A stretch of DNA of 64,000 bases from Vicugna vicugna (Eukaryota): assembly GCA_013265495.1 (NCBI GenBank), contig MU058844.1:6881260-6945259 (forward strand), written 5' to 3'. Below the pieces are notes generated by a model. It worked only from the letters and a program-made list of their open reading frames with translations, had not been told where the DNA came from and searched no databases. Shown here piece after piece: positions 1 through 12,821 of this stretch. A program made the position numbers and the translations under genes. Positions within the stretch are counted from its first letter, which is position 1. Each line of letters starts with the position of its first letter.

Positions 1-189
1 GGTAGCAATTGCATTCTTTTTATTTAAGCTGGTTATAAACACAAAGATGCTAATTTGGCCATTCTGTAACTTAACTTATGCAGGAAATGCCTTTTAATGT
101 TTATCTATATCACTGTGTTGGTAGGAAAGAACAGATACATTTTGTTTCAGTAGATTGTAATGACTCTAGCTGTGACTAAAGGCTAGACA

Positions 190-700
190 GTCAATATAAA
201 TATGGAATTCAGTGCTTGAAACTGAGATTCTAGATAATCTGTGGAGAATATACTTATTGTTAATGACAAAATATAGAGGGAATGACTATAGGAATGGAGA
301 ACAAGATCATTGCAAGGAGTCAAATCACTCTTTATTCTATGTTGGTATTGGGGTTACCAGAAAGTAAAATAAAGTTAATAATGAAGAAAATCATGGTAGT
401 TTGGAGACAATAGTCTCCACAAAATGAGAGAGCAGTTGCTAGATTACTTCTCCATTGAAAGATAATGATTGACAAGCTATGTGTTTGTAGGAGGAAGCAT
501 GGTGTATTTGGAGGGGAACATTTTACCACTGGTACAGGGATGCAGGAGAGAACACAACTACCACTGGAGAGGACTGTAGAAGAAGCAGTGTCCTCTCCTG
601 AGAACAGTTTCTAGTAGACCAAGAAGCTGAAGAAAGTAGAAATCCATAAGACTTTTAAACAGAGGAGGGGTTACCTTTTTCTTTAGTGAAAAGAGGGAGT
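190..700 (-). mobile_element. Degenerate LINE-2 fragment (approximate bounds)
   Basis: Purine-rich plus strand with motifs resembling antisense L2 ORF2 remnants (e.g. GAAGAAGCAGTGTCCTCTC); highly diverged. Confidence 0.4.
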
Positions 701-859
701 TAGACTCAGTGATCTTTAGGCTTACTTCCATAAAACCTGTAATTCTGTAATTCTGCAAGTCAGGTGACCTATTTTATTTTCCAGGGCTTATTAATTGATT
801 GATTTTCCTGGTGGTCATCCAAGAGTCCTTCTTGTAGTCAAGTACAAAGCCTAGTTTAT

Positions 860-1470
860 CTAGTCCACTGCTGCCTCTGCTAAAACCCAAGTACAAGCCA
901 CAGTCATCTCTAACGTAGGCTACCTGTTCTCCCTCAGTCTACCTTTTCCCTTAATATGTCCTCTGAAGCCAGAGTGGTATTCTAGAAATAAAAATATGAT
1001 TGTCATTTCCTAATTTAAAACCCTTTAATCATTCTCAATTGCCCTTTAATGAAAACTAAAATCTTTTATACAGTCTTTTTTAAAGAAAGCTTTAAGTGAT
1101 ATGGTTGCTATCTCTTTATTTAGCCTTAGTCTTGGCTACCTTTCTTGTTAGTCTTAATGCTTTGTTTACAAAAGAATATTTTCCCTCCCTTCAATGTGCT
1201 GTATCCTTTCTTCTTTAATAGTCTCATTTATGCCTTTTCAATTTTATAATGTTCCTATCCTCTATCTATTTTTTGTTCTCAGCTTAAACTTATTAAGCAT
1301 ATTCTTCAGGAATCTTCATGAGTCTCCAGACTAGGTTACAACTAGAAGAATAATTTCATAGCATACCCTACCCAGTTTGTCCCTTTTTAAATTTACATGT
1401 TCAATAGATTTTAGACTGAAAATTCCATTGAGAATATGGTCTATTTTACCTGTTGGTTAAATAAATCAAT
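860..1470 (+). mobile_element. LINE-2 3' region fragment
   Basis: L2-like motifs AAGCCACAGTCATCTCT, GCCAGAGTGGTATTCTAGAAATAAAAATATGAT and TTAGACTGAAAATTCCATTGAG. Confidence 0.55.
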
Positions 1471-1904
1471 AGGAAGCATGGACTTACTACAATAACATAA
1501 ACATAAACTTAAAGTTAATCAATTTTCTAGAACTTGATGAAATAACATAATAGAACATAAAAGTGGAATTTTTCTTCAGAACCAAGTAAGACACAATGGT
1601 CCAAAACAACAGGACTAATAACCATAGCAAATATTTTAAATTGGAAGATGCTGTGGTGGACCACCAATAGCAAATAAAGTGAGCAAAAATAGCCCATCAG
1701 ACACCTTGAATATATATAACGGTTGAAGTTAAGTGACCAACATGCTGGAAATGGGGAGTGAGAATTTTTTGGAGAAACCGTGCTCTGTATCACAACACAA
1801 AGAGGTGTTGCTTTCCTTTAGCTCTAGTCAGATGAGAAATGGTTTAAGCCCCATGTGTTGTTTGAGGGGCAGAGTAGACTGGTCTTGGTATTGAAAAGGA
1901 GGAA

Positions 1905-2672
1905 AGTAGGGGACAAAGGAACTCTCCTACACTGTTGGGAATGTAAATTAGTGCAGCCACTATGGAAAACAGTATGGAGGTTCCTTAAAAAACTAAAAAC
2001 AGACATACCATATGATTCAGCAATCCTACTCCAGAACTTCCAATTAGAGAAAACCCTAATTTGAAAATTAGAGAAAACCCTGATGTCATAGCAGTACTAT
2101 TTACAGTAGCCAAGACATGGAAGTAATCTAAACGTCCATCAACAGATGATTGGATAAAAACGTTTTGATAGATATAGATACAGATATAGATCATGGTGAT
2201 ACTACTCAGCTCCAGAAAAAGAATGAAATAATGCCATTTGCAGCAACATGGATGGACCTAGAGATTATCATACTAAGTGAAGTCAGACAGAAAAAGACAA
2301 ATACTATGTGATATCACTTACATGTGGAACCTAAAGTATGACACAAATGAACTTATTTATAAAACAGAAGCAGACTCACAGACATAAAAAAAAAAATTAT
2401 GGTTACCAAAGGGGAAAGAGGGTAGGGGAAGGATAAATGAAAGGTTTGAGATTAGCAGATACAAATTACTATATATGAAATAGATAAACAACAAAGTCTT
2501 ACTATATAGCACAGGGAACTATAGTCAATATCCTGTAATACCTATAATGGAAAAGAATCTGAAATAGAATATATATACATACATATATATATATGTATAA
2601 CCGAATCACTTTGTTGTACATCTGAAACTAATACAACACTGTAAATCAACTATACTTCAATTAAAAAAAAAA
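1905..2672 (+). mobile_element. 5'-truncated LINE-1 (end of ORF2, 3'UTR, poly-A)
   Basis: ORF 1855..2064 contains the ORF2p C-terminal motif [24 protein letters not shown]; the 3'UTR ends AATCAACTATACTTCAATTAAAAAAAAA at ~2645-2672. Confidence 0.95.
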
Positions 2673-2699
2673 CTTAAGAAAGAGAAAGCAAAGGTGAAA

Positions 2700-3450
2700 G
2701 GTGAATATTTACCTGAGGCAGCAGAAGAAACAGTTTTATTTGCTTTGGAAGCCTCTTACATACTGGTAGTAGAGGCAAGGGTATTTGTGTTTTCTTGAGT
2801 GTCAAGTTTAAGTTCCATAGGAGAGAAAGGCTTTCAGAAATTAAGTCAAATCCTTCCTAAGTGACTGTCCAGAGAGAGTGTGATCCTAACAAAAGGATAA
2901 GCAATGCAAATCCCAAGAGCTGAGAAAGAACTATGAAGGGCTTACCAAAGAAATCTGCATCATCTTTTCATGGGAACACACTGAAACGTTTCTAGTGTGA
3001 CTTTCAAAGCCCCGAAAAGACATCTACAAGAGCCTGAGCTAAGTTCAGAGCAAATGTGCTTTAAACATTTCCCAGTGGCTGAGATAAGCAATGCCAAAAC
3101 ACAAGGAAAATCCTTTTCCTCTTTTCTCCCGCTTTTCAATCTGGAGGAACCAGAGGCCCTACTTAGTTGGGGAAGAGGAAGAGAAGTCAAGATGGGGAAG
3201 AGAAAGGAAGCCATTGACTGACAATTTTCCCATCTCAGGCTTCCCACCGACAGCAAGCCCAAATTAGAAGAAAGATTAATTTACTCCAAGAGAATTTTGA
3301 GTTATGACTACTGTCTTCCCACAAATGGAAATTGTTTGTTTTGTTTTGTTTTTAATGAACAGAAGAATTTCAATCACTACATGTTTGACCATCAGAATAA
3401 GTGTTGGAGGGTACAATTAAAATAAATATATATTTAAATGGAATCATAAA
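2700..3450. mobile_element. Ancient LTR remnant (MamGypLTR-like); may also extend left of the L1
   Basis: 3190-3310 resembles MamGypLTR1-type sequence as I recall it; no TSD found. Confidence 0.35.
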
Positions 3451-5549
3451 TAATAACAGGAGAACTTGCTGGTGTTAAAGCTCTGGACAGAGGGCACTTT
3501 CTGCATTAATGAAAATTAAGAAGAACAGATAATTGCATTGTGATTTATTGAGAATTTTATAATTTTGAGAATAGGTTGTGGGTCTCTTAGTTGGTAAGTA
3601 AAAAAAAAAATCCAACTTTGAAACAGTTTCACTCTTTCCAAATTTTTTTGATTGTTTTCATCTTTCTAAAATGCTGAGAACTATATTCAGAAGGCCTACT
3701 TCTTAGCATAAGTAAAGTGTTACTTGATTTTTAAATACACAAACTCTATTTCTGACTCAATTTATATTAAACTCCAGTTGGAATTTTTTATTATGTACAT
3801 ATTTCCAGTAAGTGATTTCCTCAGTTCAGTCTGTGGTTTAATTTAAGCCGTCAGTATGTAAACCTTTTCCAAAACAGCGCATAAAAACCTAATTAAATCA
3901 TGGGAAATGTGAAGTTGGTGGGAAAAAGAAAGAGAAAATAGATAGGAACTACGAAGAGTGGTGGGTACACCATTTGTTTACTTAAATCAAGTTCCATTTC
4001 AGTAGTCCTGTTCTTAAAGCACACAGAAAACACCTGAACATTTTTAGTTATATTCTTGTTCACAGGGCCATTAGGAAAGTCTTTGGACTATATTTTGAGA
4101 GCATTCCAGCAGAGTAAGACATAGTACATTATTTAAAGTTCTAAAGGCCATTATCATCTTGCCTTTACCTGCTGACAGAAGCAGGCAGCTGTTTGAATAG
4201 ATTTTTATTTATTTATTTTCTTTCTTCCCAGGACCTTTCAGTATTCAGAACCATATTACTGTGTTGAAGCACTAAGTGGTGAATAATTCTATACATGTCT
4301 TTTTTCATTGTACTGTATTTCCAGGAGCTTTGGGTGCTTTCAACAAATAAAACAGTAGGCCCTCTCTGCATTACTTAAACTGCCAAAGTTACACAGTATT
4401 AGCCCACACAGATGAGGGTGTATGCTCGATGAATCCCCTTGATACACACACAAAAAGAAGTAATCAGAATGTCAACGTTTTACATTCTGTTAAATAAAAG
4501 CAAAATTCTAGGAAAGGACGTATATAAATAGGTTACCGAGAACCATTATCAGGAACATTTCAATTTTGTTTAGCTGTTGTAAAGGGAAATTATCCAAACA
4601 TGCAGTTGATGCACAGAATCACCTATACCTTTTGAGATTTTTGTTTGTTTCTCTTATTGCACTTGACAATAGTTTCCAGTTTAGAGTGTTCTGACATAAA
4701 AAGGAAAGCTTAACACTACACTGCAGCACATTATGTGACAGCAAGACATTTTTGCAATCTGAAAAACTAAATGAAAAAAATTTTAGCTAATAAAGCCACT
4801 TAAGAAAGTACTGGCAGATATTTGAAGAAACTCAGTTATTCATTCTTGATGGCAAAGGGTCAACAGAATCTGTTTGTGGCCGTCTCATTGTTATTTATGG
4901 AATTGAAGGAATAACTTCCATTTTGCTTGACACAAAGTCTGGCCAAGGTATCCTTGAAGCTAGAGATTTTAAGCAAGAACCCAATGTCTGCTATTTATTG
5001 ACATAATTAGGATTCCTACTTTTGGGGATTCTATCTTGCTTTCATTGCTAGCTTTTAGGAAGTATATTCTTTCCTTTAGGTGATTTGAAAATTTCAAATT
5101 ATTCAAAGCAGAAAATCACTTTGCAACATTTCTTTTGAACTGACGATATCTGTGATTACCTTACTTGTGTATATTGTTTCTCTCTCTCAGTCCATGAACT
5201 TTTACCAGGACCCTACTGGATGTATAGACCAGTAATAATGTGTGAAGCAAATATATAATAAACAGCTTTAGATTACAAAAAATTAAAGATATTATTAACT
5301 TTGTATATGCCTTTGATATTAGAAAAACAAAAACTATATCATAATTTAGACACAGTCAAAAAAATCACACAAAGATAAAAAATAGTTATAAGTAATTCAT
5401 TTATACATTAAGATATCAACTTTATGTCACAGAGTAAGGATCCTCAGATGTGGTAAACAGTGATGAATAAAAGAGATATGGTCTCTGCGCTTAAGGAAAT
5501 CCCGTATGTACTGCAATGTAGTAATACAGCAATCATAATTGAACCAGTG

Positions 5550-5900
5550 ATTCACTGATTGATTCATTTATTTACATAGATAACCCTTTGAACTGACACT
5601 GTGCATACAAGACATAGCCCTCTTAATGAGTCACTCACATTTCATTTGAAAAGACAGACCAGTAAACATAGATTATATTACAATGTACAATACAGTGAAT
5701 GTAATTATCAGTTTTATATGGGTACCTTAAACAGTAAGTACCATTACCTTTCCTGTTGGGAGTAGGAAATTTTTTTTCTTAAAGTAAAAGAGACTCAAAA
5801 ATATAAGATCATTTTCAGACAGAGAAGAAAGGCTATTTCAGGATAAGAGTTGTGACATGAATGTGTGTTTAGGGAGTCATGGGCTACACAGGCCAGATGG
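5550..5900 (-). mobile_element. LINE-2 3' fragment
   Basis: ATTCACTGATTGATTCATTTATT (antisense L2 tail) followed by AAGACATAGCCCTC...CACATT-type L2 motifs. Confidence 0.5.
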
Positions 5901-6189
5901 TAGTGAGCAGGGGATACACGGGATGACACTACACTGTCTGCATTAATCATGAGCCTGTGACGTGGCTGCAAGAAGCTTATGGTAAACCAAATGCTCCAGC
6001 CCATTGCCCTGGAGTGCCCACTTTGGGACTTACAGTAATTGATGAAAAGATACTAAGGGAGTCAGGGACCCAGAGCCTAGTCACATGTTACACACTTAAG
6101 AGTAACCTGACCCATTTATACCAGTTTAGTCGATATGCCCACCTGGATCTGGCAGGCATATTAAACCTAACAAGTCAGAAACAATCTCC

Positions 6190-7135
6190 AGATAACATCC
6201 CCTGTTTCTGCTTTTTCACAGACTTTCCAGTCTTTATCATGGCCATTCCATTCTCTTTGACTCAGGCCAAAATCTTGGAATCATTTCTGACACCTAATTA
6301 CTCTCAAACCCTAAAGAGAATTTGCTAACACATTCTGCCTAGCTCTACTCTTGAAAATATATCTCGAAATTAATTGTCACCACGTCTTTGCTCATGCCTC
6401 ATCTGCATTATTTTAATTGCTTCTCAATAGATTCCCATTTCTGGTGCTGCCCACCTTTGATTTCTTCTTAATCTGGCAGTAAAATCATCCTATTAAATAG
6501 TAGCCTGGTCATTTTTATTCCTCAGCTCAAACTCTCTAAGAGCTTGCTGATCAAGTAAAAGTCAAAGTGCTCACGAGGACCTACCAATCCTTCCAGAATT
6601 TTTTCTCCTATATTCTCTCACGTCTGCGCCTCCTGCCCTCTCCTCTTCCCTCCGTTTGCTACAGCAGCACTGGTGCCTTGCTGTTCTTTGAATAGACTAG
6701 CTGTGCTCCTTCCTAAATGTCTGTATACTTAGTAGCCCTTTTGCTGGGAGTCTTCTTCCCCAACACATCCAGGTAACTTGCATCTGTATTTCAAGTCTTC
6801 ACTCACAGGATGCCTTTGCAGTGACACCTCCCCTGGCGGCCTTCATTCTTGTCTAAAATTACATCTTGCTGCTCCATCCTTTATCCTATCCCTGTCTGCA
6901 GCTCTTTCTTTCTCTAATTGTGGCTTCAATGTGTTTTCCTTGGTGCTTATTACTATCTAACTTGCTATATAATTTAATAATTTTCTTCTCTAGCTTCTTC
7001 ACTAGAATGTAAACTCCAGAGCACATTTTTATTAAAAAAAAAAATCTTTTGTTGTTCAATGTTGCATCCATAGTACCTAGAACAGTTCCTGACACATAAT
7101 GGGCATTCAATAAATATATATTAGGTAAATAACTG
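6190..7135 (+). mobile_element. LINE-2 (L2a-like) 3' end
   Basis: Classic L2 3' terminus ACTAGAATGTAAACTCCA...TAGTACCTAGAACAGTTCCTGACACATAATGGGCATTCAATAAATAT. Confidence 0.85.
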
Positions 7136-9214
7136 AATTTTAAAGAGTCATATCATCAAATGTTCATTAAGAATTCTATATTTACATTTAAATTTTTATT
7201 TTGTACAATGTGTACCTTAAAATGGCACAGTGCTTTATGGAAGAGTAAGATGAAGAATGAAATATATACCACAATATCATGTCCATAAATTATTTTTACA
7301 TATGAAAACAGAAATAAACATTTTATGGGAACGCATACAAACAGAATGGTACATATATCAAACAAGATAGAATAGTTGCCTCTGGGAGAATAGGGACATA
7401 GGAGTAACTTAAGAGGATAAAAGGAAATAACTCAAAAGAATAAAAGAGAATATGTTGTAGAGTTTAATGGTAGTGGTTAACTCAATCCTCAGCACCTGAA
7501 GACATGTACTTGAGAAAGAGATGGGGGCGATGTAGATAAGACAGAGATCAGTCGATAGATAAAGTGAAAGAGAAAGAGATGAGAGAGAGAGAAGGACAGA
7601 GAAGTGAACAAACTTGTGGCCAACACTGAAGTTTGGCCAATGAGACTTTGATGTTCAACTGCCTTCTGCATTGTCTGATTCTATCACAGAGACTGCAAAT
7701 GCTGCAAATGTGGAAAAACAAAACAAAACTCTTTGAAGTAAGCTTTTCTTGCATTTACTGGTGCAATGTTACACACATCAAAAAATAAAAGATATGTAAA
7801 TGAAAATTCACGGGAGGACAACCTTTCCTAAAGAAGGACACGCCAGATTGGGAGAAAGTCTTTCACTTTTGCACAGCTTTCCCTCTTGTTGAGAAATACA
7901 GTAACAATGCCTCTAGGTATGCAGCCAGATTGTAAACTTGAGCACAAACACCAGACAATAAAGATTGTGCAGTAAAGAGACAGAAGGAGCACAGATCTTT
8001 TTTGATATTCTTAAACAGCTCTGCAATCACTGGACTGCTTACATGTGGGTTTCTCTGTTACATGGGAAAACAAACCCTTATAAGTCCTTATATTTTTTTC
8101 TATCACTTGATGCCTCTATCCATCTAGTTAGTCTATGGAATATAAGTGTCTTCTGTTATTAGGATCTGATACTTACATCATTCATTGTCATTTAAAATAA
8201 AGATTTGTTTTGGCTCAGAGTGCTAAAAATATTATCTGTACCCATCAGATGGTGGAGGGAAGCCTGATTGAATTTACTTGAATGACTTGCATAACAATGA
8301 AGAACAAAATATAGACAAGTTTAAAATGTAGAATAATACAATCAATTTTATTCCATTTCATGGCTGATGATTTATAAATATAAATAGGTAATGAATAAAT
8401 TTTGCAAAATTGTCTGCATGAAGAATAAATTAGCTTGGATCATTTCTCCACAGCAGACTAATACAGGTACAGATTCTTTTTGTTTTTGACAATCATAGAT
8501 GTTAGAGTACTTTGAGGGTTCCAAAGTCAAGAAAATGTATCCTTTAAACTATATTTGTTATCAAACTGTTTGAATATGTACTTACTACAAAGCCACTCAA
8601 TGAAGCTTAAGCAGTGCATCTTCAATTGCATTTATTCAGTCATTATGGAGCGTGTACAGCTTCATCTGAAGTATTCCACTCTATATAATTTAAAGCATCT
8701 TTGAAGAGCAGATGCAAATTTTATCAATAAGTTAGTTTAGCACAAAAGATTTGCTATTAAGTATGCATCCTTCATGCTCAATGTTAACATTTTAGTTTGC
8801 TCTAAATGCTTTACATGTAAACGATATTATATATTTGAATGAGTTAAGGGTTGTAATATATTTTTGATGATTAGGAGAAAATAAAGAGTAAGAAAAATTG
8901 GCTTTAAAAAATACATATGGAATTAATAAGGGCACACTAGAACACATTTTGGTTATTATATGGTTTAAAAAAAATTACCTAAGAGCAATCCAACACTTAC
9001 AATCTAGAAAAAATTGTTATATATTCATTTTCATTCTATAATATATTATGGATAATTATTTGATTTCTGTAATAGATTCTGAATGTTTAAAAAAAAAGGC
9101 CCACTAGCTCATCTTTCTTCTGTGTCCTTTTGAGATATTCATAAACTCATAAGAACTTCTATTTGTACTGAAATTGTAATTATGACCCACTGTGAAAGTG
9201 AGAGCTGCAGACTA

Positions 9215-9670
9215 ACATTCAGTCATCTATCCAACAATGTGCCAAATGCATTGAACTGCTGAGAGATCAGGCACATATAGAACCTGTCTTCCCGGAGCTT
9301 TGTGCATGGTCAAGAAGCAGTCTTGTAAAGAGGAAATTATTAGGTACCTAATAATTAAGCAATTCAATTTATGAGGGGGAAAGTTCAGTTATTTTAAGAA
9401 ATTTAAGAAGTGGGACCTGATGTGGCCTTAGGGTAAGAGAAGGCTTCCTGAGGGAAATGATTGTAAGTTAAAACCTCCCAAATGAGTAGGAATTAACACG
9501 GCAAAGTTGGGGGAAAACTGTGAGGAAATGGATTCCTTGTGAAGGTACACCGCGACTGAAGTTCAGAGGCAGGAGAGAATATTGCTCTTTCCAGAAAGTG
9601 CAAATAATTGAGCATGGATAGAAAGGAGAATAGGAGTTTGATAGTGGCCTGGACATAGCTGGATGAAATC
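9215..9670 (-). mobile_element. LINE-2 3' fragment
   Basis: CATTCAGTCATCTATCCAACA tail and AGAGAAGGCTTCCTGAGGGAAATGA motif typical of antisense L2. Confidence 0.6.
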
Positions 9671-10089
9671 TGATCATTTCTCCAAGAATCAAGATTTCTG
9701 TAGCCTGCCCTCCTTTCCCCTCACTACTCATCTTTCATCTTCTTAAGTTTGTATTGATCAGACTCTTCAAAACACTCAGCATTTCCTCATTAATTCATAG
9801 TTCTTTTTAAATTGAATAACACTGTAACCAATTTTGGTTACCAAATCATGCCAAATTTGGGTGCATGGGTCTTTGCCAAGCTAGTCCTAGTGCACAGCAT
9901 TATACAAAGGATGCCTTTCAAAAGTCCGACTTCCACAAACCTACGCTGTAAGTTTTGTACCTACCATCATTTTGACTCCAAGTAAACAAAGAAACGAAAC
10001 TCTGTTCTTCTCCTGGGAAAGAGGGTGAGGGCAGTGATGCTGGCATCCTCCAAGTGTTCTGACTAATTCACCCTTTTAACACTAGTAGC

Positions 10090-10310
10090 AGAACAAAGTT
10101 TAGCATCAGACTGGTCTGAGATGAAGTCTGTTTTACTACTTGAAAGCAGTGTAAATATGGTCAAGCTTCTCATTTCAGGATTAGTTGTTTCACCTGTAAC
10201 ATTGACATTAAACCTACATCTTTGTGTTGTCACCAGGATTAAAAATAATTATGTGTGTTAAGATTTTAGAATAGCATCTGGTATCTAGAAAGAGCTCAAT
10301 ATATGAGAGA
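10090..10310 (+). mobile_element. MIR SINE
   Basis: Diverged MIR core (TTTCACCTGTAAC...GGATTAAA...TTTAGAATAGCATCTGG...GAGCTCAATA). Confidence 0.55.
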
Positions 10311-11526
10311 TACTGTTAATTTTCTTCTGAACCTTTGTTTTTTCATCTTTAAAGTAAAAGTGATGTGGTCTACACCAAATGACCATTATGAAGAATAAAA
10401 GAGATGAAGCACATAGAGGAGGTACCTGTACATGGGGATATGTAACTCACATGAATCCCCCTCTCTTGTGCTTAGGCTATAAAAAAGATGGTTGCATTCA
10501 AGGCTGTTCATATTTCTCATACGAGCAACAATCTTGGAGCAGGGGAAAGGTATATGTAAACAAATACCAGAGAAAATGAAACTTGTGCCAAGGAAGTCAT
10601 AGAAATGAACAATGATGCTTCCTTTAATGATATTAATTATAAGACTATATATTAATTATATATAGTCATAATTCCTCACTTGTCTAAGCTGTTCAGTAAA
10701 ATAACTAAGACGTCCAAGTTACTTGGTAATTCTATGACCATCTGTATGAATTTTTGTACAAATTAGAAAAATTCAGTCTGTTCTGGTTAATTTATTATAA
10801 AATGTATGCTAATTCAGAATGTCATGTTAACTGCAGATAATTAGAAATTTGACGGAATAACATGATTATTAATATTTTACTTTAAAATATTAAAAAAATC
10901 AACTCAAATTTCATTTAAATTCTAAAATGTACGGAAACGTTTAGTTTTCTTCCAATGTTACAATCCCCTAAACTTCATGATTTCCTCCCAAAGCTACACA
11001 CAGGGAAACATACAGGAGATGTGCCAAAACACAAAGACAAAATAATTCTCTGTGATTTTTTACAGAGATGATTATTCATACAATTTGGATCACATTAAGA
11101 ATATAGCACTGCCAAATAAAATATCATTATCTGGCATTTTGGATGTCCTCTGAATATTCAACAATGGTTCTTGATCTTTAGTGTTTCTTTTCTGATGTTA
11201 AAAACCACAAAGCAATTTGTAATCACTCAATTTTGCTGTTATTCACTTTTCAGTAAAAACATGATAAAGGAGGTAATGCAAGTCGATTCTGAGGCATTCA
11301 CAGCTTTTCTAACAGTATAAACTGAGCTGTAGTCTCCATTTGAGTACATTCTAATTTAGAAGTTGTGAGTCCACCATAGAAAATTAAATCAAGGCTGGGA
11401 GATATCCTTCATCATAACTTGGTATTGTTGGTATTCATCATATGTTAGTATTGGCTATTGGTAGATAAAGATAATTATCCTCAATTCTATTGATAAATTT
11501 TTCATTGGATTTAAAGTTAAATTACG

Positions 11527-11561
11527 AACAACAACAACAACAACAACAGCAACAACAACAA
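11527..11561 (+). repeat. (CAA)n microsatellite with one CAG interruption
   Basis: AACAACAACAACAACAACAACAGCAACAACAACAA read directly. Confidence 0.95.
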
Positions 11562-12200
11562 AAACCTCTTCCCCAAAAGATTTTCCAGACTTGGTTGAAA
11601 CCTTTCTTTAGGTTCAATTCCTTTCTGTTGATCCTTCACAGACCCTGCGTTTTTTTTGAATACTTGCATCTCCTGAATATCCCAATTTTGGGGGGGGGGA
11701 AAGAAAGTCTATCTGTGGGAGTGGCAGGAGGCTTTAGATTAGACTGCTTTAACCTGCCACTAACCTACTGCCCTAATCACAAATCAAATGTTTCAGTGTG
11801 TCAGAGGTTAGTAGATGCAGAGAAGGCACCTATTTTAGCAAAAGGCATACATACATTGTTTCAAACATTCACTCAGAAGAAAACATGGAACTCACAGAAT
11901 TAGAAAGGGCAGATAACAGACCAGTGTACCTAAACCTCTGAAATCTGGAGATGGATGTTTGCAAATAAGACATCCTGTCTAGCAATCAAAAAGGAGGGGA
12001 GGGGCTGTTTAATCTGAGACGAATAAATTCGAGTAGGATTTTAGTTGCATTTTGTTGGGTTTTATATTTCGGTTGAACTGACATCAGGTTCCAATTTGCT
12101 TTCCAAATTGAATTTTTTTTTTTACCCACTTGATATTTGCCATTTTTTAAATCTTGCAATTTTATAATTTACAAAATAAAATGCTATTGTTCATTTCTAC

Positions 12201-12216
12201 ACACTAGAGGGCACTA
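12201..12216 (+). promoter_or_regulatory. Candidate CTCF binding site
   Basis: ACACTAGAGGGCACTA matches the CTCF core CCACYAGRKGGCRCTA at 15/16 positions, in apparently non-repetitive DNA. Confidence 0.6.
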
Positions 12217-12821
12217 AAATATCCTAAGATAAAATGTACTCAATATTTTACCTTAGATGACTTTTGAGAGAATAATGATCATAATTTTAAAATCGTTTAA
12301 AAGAAACACAGGGACAATAATAGGATTACTACAATCACTGTAAATACTGGCTTTAAAAAAAAAAAAGATGGTAACATTATTTTTTAAAGTGCCAATTGTA
12401 TCACATTTCCTTAGTAAGAAATGCATCTCTGAACATCAGTATCTCAGAATATTTTATATGAACCTCTCAAACACCTTCTTATAATGAACCTTTTTTCTGA
12501 AGGTATAACTGCCAGATATTTAATAGATTTTTTTTCCATTGATCCATACTCGTAACTCTTCTAACCATCCTGGTATAATTATATCAATGTATTACAATGT
12601 CATTATGTCTGGATGACTAATATTCAGAGCTAGCATATACATGTTTTTGTTTGATAGTTTTGGAAATGTGTTTAAAAACAAGTATTTTTCAGTCAATAAC
12701 ATGTTTTTAATAAACAGAGTTTTTTCCTTATGTCTTTTTCTCATAGTGTTTTTCTTCTTTATTCATTGTATATCCTTCTTTCAGCACTTCTAATATTCAC
12801 TCTTAAATAGCTTCTTATGAG

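Noticed and set aside
4200..4285. Strong-looking splice acceptor (TTTTCTTTCTTCCCAG at ~4231) as a coding exon
   Set aside because: Only a weak downstream donor and no recognisable peptide in any frame.
5957..6328. 123-aa ORF and other 60-140 aa ORFs outside L1
   Set aside because: They overlap decayed L2, MaLR or LTR repeats or low-complexity DNA, many use non-ATG starts, and none has a protein motif.
11490..11903. 137-aa ORF with a poly-Q tract
   Set aside because: The poly-Q is just the (CAA)n microsatellite; the start is TTG, with no domain or splice context.
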